In this document: positions 58,064 through 64,000 of the stretch, in pieces | How the letters are laid out: each line of letters begins with the position of its first letter | How positions within the stretch are numbered: the stretch's first letter is position 1 | Source: Patescibacteria group bacterium | GTDB lineage: Bacteria; Patescibacteriota; Patescibacteriia; PEXW01 | Length of the DNA stretch: 64,000 bases | Direction of reading: 5' to 3' | Assembly: GCA_041665345.1 (NCBI GenBank) | Contig: JBAYJA010000001.1 | Location: forward strand, 137,206 to 201,205 | Made by a program: the position numbers and the translations under genes | The notes under the pieces: generated by a model | What the model was told of the DNA's origin: nothing | Databases searched by the model: none | Seen by the model: the letters and a program-made list of their open reading frames with translations, nothing else

Positions 58064-58909
58064 ATGCTCGCAACCTACCGTAACTATATCCAACGTGCAT
58101 TCCGCCGACACTGGGCTGTGGGTGCGTTCAACATTTCTAACTTGGAGCAAGCCCAAGGGGTCATTTGGGCTGCCGAGAAGCTCAAAGCTCCGGTGCTGGT
58201 GAACGCCAGCGAGAAAGCGCTGGACTATGCTGGTTTGCAGCCGCTGACGGATATGGTTCGTGCGCTGGCAAAGTTGGCAAAAGTGCCGGTGACCCTCAAC
58301 CTTGACCATGGCCGAACCTACGGTGTGGCCGTGCGCTGCGCCAAAGCTGGGTTTACCAGTTTGATGCTGGACGGCTCACGTTTTGGGTATAAGCAGAATG
58401 TGGCCATTACGCGGAAAGCAGTTGCGCTGGGTAAGAAGTACGGTATTCCCGTGGAAGGGGAACTGGGCGCATTGGGCGGCAAGGAAGATTACATTTCTGG
58501 ACACGTGCAAATGACCGACCCCCAGCAGGCCGTAGACTTTGTGAAGCAAACTGGGGTGGACATATTGGCCGTGGCTATTGGCAATGCGCACGGCATTCAA
58601 CCCGGCGAGCGCTTGGACTTTCCGCGTCTGCACGCCATTCATAAAGCCTTGCCCAAAATGCCCTTGGTGCTGCACGGAGCTTCTGGTACGCCGCCAGCAG
58701 ACATTCGTCACGCCATTCGCCTGGGGGTGGTGAAAATCAACATTGACACTGACCTACGCCATGCCTTTAGTGATGCGCTGCGGAAAACTTTGGCGCATGA
58801 CAAAAAAGTCTGGGATCCACGGGAGGTTGTGGCTCCAGCCCGGGAAGCCGTACAGAAAATTGTGGAGCAGAAAATCACCCTGTTTGGGAGTAAGGGGAAG
58901 GGGAGGTAG
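58064..58909 (+). CDS. fba: Class II fructose-bisphosphate aldolase
   Basis: AVGAFN, LDH, EGELG, GNAHG, LVLHGASG, KINIDT. Confidence 0.94.
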   Translation: MLATYRNYIQRAFRRHWAVGAFNISNLEQAQGVIWAAEKLKAPVLVNASEKALDYAGLQPLTDMVRALAKLAKVPVTLNLDHGRTYGVAVRCAKAGFTSLMLDGSRFGYKQNVAITRKAVALGKKYGIPVEGELGALGGKEDYISGHVQMTDPQQAVDFVKQTGVDILAVAIGNAHGIQPGERLDFPRLHAIHKALPKMPLVLHGASGTPPADIRHAIRLGVVKINIDTDLRHAFSDALRKTLAHDKKVWDPREVVAPAREAVQKIVEQKITLFGSKGKGR

Positions 58910-59379
58910 GTGTAAAGGTGTAGAGGTATAAAGCGGTAGAGATCCTGGAAGCCTGTAACAATCTGTCATTGCGAGGAACGAATCCGCGAGTGACGTGGCA
59001 ATCCCGTTGTAACAAGGAACCAAGATGACTATCTGCGCTCTTTTTGCATTCCTGGTCATTTGATCCACGTCACCCCATCAGGGTTACCTCCCCCCACCCC
59101 CTCCTTGGAAAGGAGGGGAGGAGTTTGAGGTTCATTACAGACCAAAGTCTGTTTGTATCTGTCCTCCCCTTTCCAAGGGGAGGTAAGGAGGGGTAACCCT
59201 TACCGGCTAAATGTTTGTACAATATGAACCTGGCTTTTTTCAAATCAAAGCTACTTCCTCAATTTTCCCCCTCCCATTCCTATATTCGTAGCATTTTTTC
59301 GTAATTCGTAACCGTATTCGTAGAATTATAAAAAGGCACCCAGGTGAGTGGATGCCTTACGAATGATCGAATCTACTAC

Positions 59380-59919
59380 TTAGCCAAAGGTGACTTCGAC
59401 GTAATGATGTCTGTTTTTTCCCTTACCCCCATACTCCTCTACGAACCATTTGCAAGTTTTCTTATCCCAGCAAACGTGCACCAGATCCTGCAACATTATT
59501 GGTAACGTCGTCAGGTAGTCGAGGTACCTGTGAAGATGAATCGCAAATAGGTATCTGTTTCCATCCTCAAGCGCTGCCCAATGTACTGTCCCGGAGAGTT
59601 CCTTTGTTGACATACGAGGAATATCCGGAAACTTGACGAACACTGGCCGTCCAGCGGTGGGGAGGACGATATTGCACGTTGCTGGAACGAAGTCATCGTC
59701 CGAAACCTTTTTCAAGGCCCAATGCTGATTACAGCTATCGCAGATGAGAACGTCCCACTCTTCAGATGGGTGCTCCATTTTATCCATTGGTAACATAGCA
59801 ATTTCAATCCTCATGCCGGGATTCTTATCAGAGCACCCTACCACTCTATACTCCGATAATGAATCATGTACAACTAGCACATGTTCACCTGGCAATGGAA
59901 CATTCAATACCCAAACCAT
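59380..59919 (-). CDS. Hypothetical protein
   Basis: AAGGAGG SD; CxxC; terminator AAGGCA..TGCCTT near 59333-59358. Confidence 0.65.
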   Translation of the reverse strand: MVWVLNVPLPGEHVLVVHDSLSEYRVVGCSDKNPGMRIEIAMLPMDKMEHPSEEWDVLICDSCNQHWALKKVSDDDFVPATCNIVLPTAGRPVFVKFPDIPRMSTKELSGTVHWAALEDGNRYLFAIHLHRYLDYLTTLPIMLQDLVHVCWDKKTCKWFVEEYGGKGKNRHHYVEVTFG

Positions 59920-59994
59920 CTTTCCTCCTTAGGATTTTTTTCGTTGTATTTTGAATAGCTGACTGTACCATGTATACTTGGAAACGTCAAGCCT

Positions 59995-60966
59995 ATGCCG
60001 CATTTCGACATCATCACCATTGGTTCAGCCACGCAAGACGTGTACTTGTTTGGCAAAGCCCTGCGCGTCAAACGTGATGCCACATCACCGACGGGTAGTA
60101 CGTTGGCTGTTCCATTTGGGGCGAAAATTGAACTGGATCGGATGCTGGTGGAAGTTGGTGGTGGCGGTACGAATACTGCTGTCACGTTCTCTCGCCTGGG
60201 TCTGCGCACGGCTTGCGTGGTGAAAGTGGGTAATGATGCTGCTGGGGATCATGTGATCCGCATTCTACGAGAGCACAAAGTGTCGTCTCGGTTTGTGATA
60301 CGGGACCATGATGATCCTACTGCTATGTCCACGTTCTTCCTGGCGCCAAATGGTGAGCGGACGGTGTTCGTTTTCCGGGGAGCCAGTGCAGACTTCCACG
60401 AGCGCATGGTGCCCTGGGCAGACCTGGCCGCACGTTGGTACTACGTGAGCTCCGTGGGCGGGGAACTCAATTTTATTCGACGAGCTATTGCCCATGCCAA
60501 GAAAACCCACGCGCACATTGCAGTGAATCCGGGCAAGCGTGAGTTGCAGCAACGGAGTGCAGCAATGCGCGTGCTGCGTGATGCAGACGTGCTGCTGGTG
60601 AACCAAGAAGAAGCACAGCTGTTCTTCCAGAAGAAAGGCCACGCACTCGTCAAAGCGATTTCTGCATGGCGGAAGGGGATTGTGGTGGTGACGAATGCGG
60701 AGAAGGGCTCCTGGGCGGTTACAGAGCGTGGCATGTGGCAGGTGCGCATCAAGCCGGTGAAAGCCGTGGATACCACTGGAGCCGGTGATGCCTTTGGCTC
60801 AGGCTTCGTTGCGGGTTTGGCAAAGCGGCCAGGGGATATTGCGTATGCATTACGTCTGGGTTCCATCAATGGCGCTTCGGTCGTCACGCAGCTGGGTGCC
60901 AAGCATGGTCTGATTACCCATCATATTCCACATGGTCCGTGGATGCGTGTAGTAGAACCAAAGTAA
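59995..60966 (+). CDS. PfkB-family carbohydrate kinase
   Basis: GGGGTN.A, N.EEA, DTTGAGDAFGSG. Confidence 0.93.
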   Translation: MPHFDIITIGSATQDVYLFGKALRVKRDATSPTGSTLAVPFGAKIELDRMLVEVGGGGTNTAVTFSRLGLRTACVVKVGNDAAGDHVIRILREHKVSSRFVIRDHDDPTAMSTFFLAPNGERTVFVFRGASADFHERMVPWADLAARWYYVSSVGGELNFIRRAIAHAKKTHAHIAVNPGKRELQQRSAAMRVLRDADVLLVNQEEAQLFFQKKGHALVKAISAWRKGIVVVTNAEKGSWAVTERGMWQVRIKPVKAVDTTGAGDAFGSGFVAGLAKRPGDIAYALRLGSINGASVVTQLGAKHGLITHHIPHGPWMRVVEPK

Positions 60967-60969
60967 GCA

Positions 60970-61362
60970 ATGGAAATCCTCATTATCGACATTCTGAATT
61001 TCCTCCTGAATCTAGTTGGTGCTGCAATCATAGTTTTTGGCGCTGGTGAAGCTCTCGTCAGGCTAGTGACCCAACGTCCAGCACCGTTGCAGCTTCCGCA
61101 ACTTCCGCTGTTGGAAAATCTCCGCATCGCCTTTGGCCAGCGGATAATCTTTGGCTTGGAATTTTTGGTGGCAGCCGATATCCTGCGCACCCTTGAATCA
61201 CGCACCTTGTCTGACTTGGCACAGCTGGGCATTCTGGTGGCTATCCGCACAACCCTGAGCTTCTTCCTGAACCATGAGACGCGTCACGCGCATACCCGGG
61301 TTATGGGTGGTTTGGCTCAGGCAACCCAGCGAAAGCCAAAGAAAAGCGGCCGGAAGCGCTAA
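60970..61362 (+). CDS. DUF1622-family membrane protein
   Basis: LGLEF-like FGLEFLVAADILRT, LG.LVAIRT.LSFFL..E. Confidence 0.87.
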   Translation: MEILIIDILNFLLNLVGAAIIVFGAGEALVRLVTQRPAPLQLPQLPLLENLRIAFGQRIIFGLEFLVAADILRTLESRTLSDLAQLGILVAIRTTLSFFLNHETRHAHTRVMGGLAQATQRKPKKSGRKR

Positions 61363-61419
61363 CTTGCGTGAATGCTACAGGGTGTAGTAGACTAACTGCA
61401 TCGCATTTACCATACCCTT

Positions 61420-62169
61420 ATGGACACGCCTCAGTTGCCGGAAAATCAGAGCATTTTCAACGCCCCACCCCGCACCATGTTTGCCCTGGGGATCATGGTT
61501 GGCGTTGCACTCATTAGTTTGCTTGGGTTTATCCTCTCTTTCTCCGCGTACCGCAATGCCACGTCTGACGGCACGAAGAAGGTAGCCGGCGCAGCAACGA
61601 ATACGAACACTGCGGTTGCGAATACGAACACCGCTCCAGCCGGGCCAGTGGATGTTGAAGTGAAGAGCGACGACTGGATTCGTGGCAACAAGAATGCCAA
61701 AGTAACCTTGGTTGAGTTTTCTGACTTCGAATGCCCCTTCTGCGGACGTTTCAATCCAACCGTGGACCAGGTGCTGAAGGACTACAAAGATGACGTACGG
61801 GTGGTATTCAAGCACTACCCACTGACAACCATTCACCCCCAAGCGCAGAAAGCCGCGGAAGCAGCAGAATGCGCTGGCGCGCAAGGGAAGTTCTGGGAAA
61901 TGCATGATAAAATGTTCACCAATCAGGCAACGCTTTCTTTGGAGAATATGAAGAAGTGGGCAAAAGAAGTTGGCGTGAAAGAAAGCACGTTCAATACATG
62001 CTTGGACAAAGGTGAAATGGCCAGCAAGGTCAGTGAAGACGTGCAAGTTGCAAACGGTTTGGGTGTTTCTGGTACGCCCACCAGCTTTGTGAACGGCATT
62101 GAAGTGTCTGGCGCGCAGACCTTTGACTACGTGAAGAGCATCATCGACCAGCAACTCGCCGCGACGTAA
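61420..62169 (+). CDS. DsbA-family protein
   Basis: EFSDFECPFC, GTPT, GAQ. Confidence 0.92.
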   Translation: MDTPQLPENQSIFNAPPRTMFALGIMVGVALISLLGFILSFSAYRNATSDGTKKVAGAATNTNTAVANTNTAPAGPVDVEVKSDDWIRGNKNAKVTLVEFSDFECPFCGRFNPTVDQVLKDYKDDVRVVFKHYPLTTIHPQAQKAAEAAECAGAQGKFWEMHDKMFTNQATLSLENMKKWAKEVGVKESTFNTCLDKGEMASKVSEDVQVANGLGVSGTPTSFVNGIEVSGAQTFDYVKSIIDQQLAAT

Positions 62170-62195
62170 GATTTCTTCAGCGGAAGTTGCACCCT

Positions 62196-62993
62196 ATGCT
62201 TGCTGCACCCCCAAGCGCGGAAATTCTCACGCTTGGTTCGGTGAGCATCCGGTGGTATGGCCTCATCCTCGCTGTCGCCCTACTCAGCGGTGTACTCCTG
62301 GCGCAACGGTTGGGAAAACGGGTGGGGATTGCTCCTGAGAAACTGGTTGACCTTGCCATCATCGCAGCCGTGTTGGGGGTTGTTGGCGCGCGGCTGGCCC
62401 ACGTTGCCCAAACCTGGGGGTACTACCAAACGCACTTGCTAGAAATTCTGCAGCTTTGGAAAGGCGGGCTTGCATTCCATGGGGTTCTGGCAGGTGGACT
62501 CCTTGCGCTCTGGTTGTACAGTCGGCGACAAAGAATACCGTGGCGAACGCTTCTGGATATTTCGTTTCCCGCCTTGGCCTTGGGTCAGGTCATTGGCCGG
62601 TGGGGGAACTGGGTGAACCAGGAGCTCTACGGGCGACCAACATCCGTTCCCTGGGCACTGAACATTGATCCTGCTCACCGTTTGCCCGGGTACGAAGCCT
62701 TCAGTACTTTCCACCCACTGTTCTTGTACGAATCGCTTGCAAACGGCATAATTCTCATTATCCTGTTACTCATGTGGCGGAAGAAGGGTTTGCAGCCCGG
62801 CACAGTTGCCGCGGTGTATCTCATTCTCTCACCCAGTGTCCGGTTTGGCCTGGATTTCCTCCGCTTGCAGCAAACGCAGATCGGCACATTCACGGTTGCA
62901 CAAATCCTTAGCCCCGTCCTCGTTGCTGCGGGTGTAGCGCTTCTCCTTTCGAATCGCTCCCATTCCAAAGATCAACTCTATGTCCAAAAGTAA
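62196..62993 (+). CDS. lgt: Prolipoprotein diacylglyceryl transferase
   Basis: IRWYG, GAR, GGLAFHG, GRWGNWVNQELYG, HPLFLYES. Confidence 0.95.
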   Translation: MLAAPPSAEILTLGSVSIRWYGLILAVALLSGVLLAQRLGKRVGIAPEKLVDLAIIAAVLGVVGARLAHVAQTWGYYQTHLLEILQLWKGGLAFHGVLAGGLLALWLYSRRQRIPWRTLLDISFPALALGQVIGRWGNWVNQELYGRPTSVPWALNIDPAHRLPGYEAFSTFHPLFLYESLANGIILIILLLMWRKKGLQPGTVAAVYLILSPSVRFGLDFLRLQQTQIGTFTVAQILSPVLVAAGVALLLSNRSHSKDQLYVQK

Positions 62994-63630
62994 TTCCACA
63001 TCACAATTTCGTTGGAAAGTTTGGGGGCCAGTCATCATCATTGTCCTCTTGGTGGGTGGCGGCATTGCTTGGGCAAGTACGCGCTCGGGTCCAGTGTATG
63101 ACAATCCAGATAGTGCCCGGCCATTCCTGGGCAAAGCCGATGCGCAAGTAGTGTTGGTTGAGTTTTCTGATTTTCAATGTCCTGCTTGTGGGTCTGTGCA
63201 ACCTGTGGTGAAGCAAGTGGTGGAGAAGTATGGAGACAAAATTCGTTTTGAGTACAAGCACTACCCGCTAACGAAGATTCACGTGAATGCCTACCGAGCA
63301 GCATTAGCCAGCGAATGTGCAAATGACCAAGGGAAGTTTTGGGAACTGCATGACAAAATGTTCGCCAACCAGAATGCGCTGGGGGTGGGGGATGTGAAAA
63401 CCTACGCGAAAGACCTGGGTCTGGATACAGCAAAGTTTGATGCCTGTTTAGACAGCCGGGCAGAGAAGAAGATTGTGGACGCCGATATTAGCGAAGGGAA
63501 TACCAAGAAAGTTGGCGGGACACCAAGCTTCTTCCTCAATGGACAGTACCTCCAGCTTGCTGCGTTCACAGATTTAGACAAAGCCGTCCAAGCTGCCTTG
63601 GGCGGGGTGCAGCAAGGGCCCGTGAAGTAG
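62980..63630 (+). CDS. DsbA-family protein
   Basis: EFSDFQCPAC, GTPSFF. Confidence 0.92.
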   Translation: MSKSNSTSQFRWKVWGPVIIIVLLVGGGIAWASTRSGPVYDNPDSARPFLGKADAQVVLVEFSDFQCPACGSVQPVVKQVVEKYGDKIRFEYKHYPLTKIHVNAYRAALASECANDQGKFWELHDKMFANQNALGVGDVKTYAKDLGLDTAKFDACLDSRAEKKIVDADISEGNTKKVGGTPSFFLNGQYLQLAAFTDLDKAVQAALGGVQQGPVK

Positions 63631-64000
63631 GAGAAGAGAGCCGTAAAGCCATAGAGCTGTAAGCTGCCTGCCCGCCGAAGCCTCCGGGCGTAGGAGGGTA
63701 GAGGTCTTTACGGTTACTTACGGCTTTTCCTTAGAGACTTAGTTAGTTCTGTTGAACAGGAAAAAGCCCCAACGGTCGTTGGTTGGACAGGATTCTGATT
63801 TGGTGCAGTATTTTTGAATTAGTCCGAACGCAATTCGCCGCCTGTGGCGGCGAGGAAATCCCCCTACGAAGATTCGGAAATGTGGCGGAGCCGCACCGCT
63901 AACAATTTCAAATTTTCTTTGGTGGTATTTAAAACAATTTCAAAGGAAAGAACAAAGTGCTTTTAAAAATTTATTTCTGAAAAGGTGCAAGTATTCTGCG

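Noticed and set aside
63667-64000. Gene or mobile element end at the window edge
   Set aside because: No ORF or terminal repeat can be supported; only small palindromes.

Overview
This is bacterial chromosomal DNA. Gene content and style suggest Patescibacteria/CPR (inference: short pyruvate kinase, AMP phosphorylase, several DsbA proteins, Asn-rich surface proteins, leaderless core genes). The core backbone is rpoD, tRNA-Asn, pyk, sod, a MarR-ABC-2 exporter, a split SUF Fe-S cluster, AMP phosphorylase, a BlaI/CopY-M56 copper operon, rpiB-rpe-fba-pfkB, lgt and three dsbA. Many accessory genes are interleaved, each with its own TTGACA promoter, SD and terminator. The main feature is a ~19 kb NAD/ADP-ribose island (3.6-22.6 kb). 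It holds an ADP-ribosylglycohydrolase, NrtR with two operator boxes, a pseudokinase-vWA-divergent PurA-SAM operon, a nucleotidyltransferase and a complete NAD(P) salvage operon (pncA, a nadD-nadK fusion, Nudix, pncB, NDT-like, nadE). The spacers of that operon repeat a conserved RNA architecture: a T-loop tRNA-minihelix-like hairpin, two abutting hairpins (one with a co-varying 9-bp stem), then a boxA-like motif. This is my best candidate for an undescribed regulatory system. Also present are two probable DGR target genes with no RT or TR in the window, several recombination scars, unannotated small proteins and families of dispersed palindromic repeats. All protein calls come from motif recognition by eye; no database search was run.
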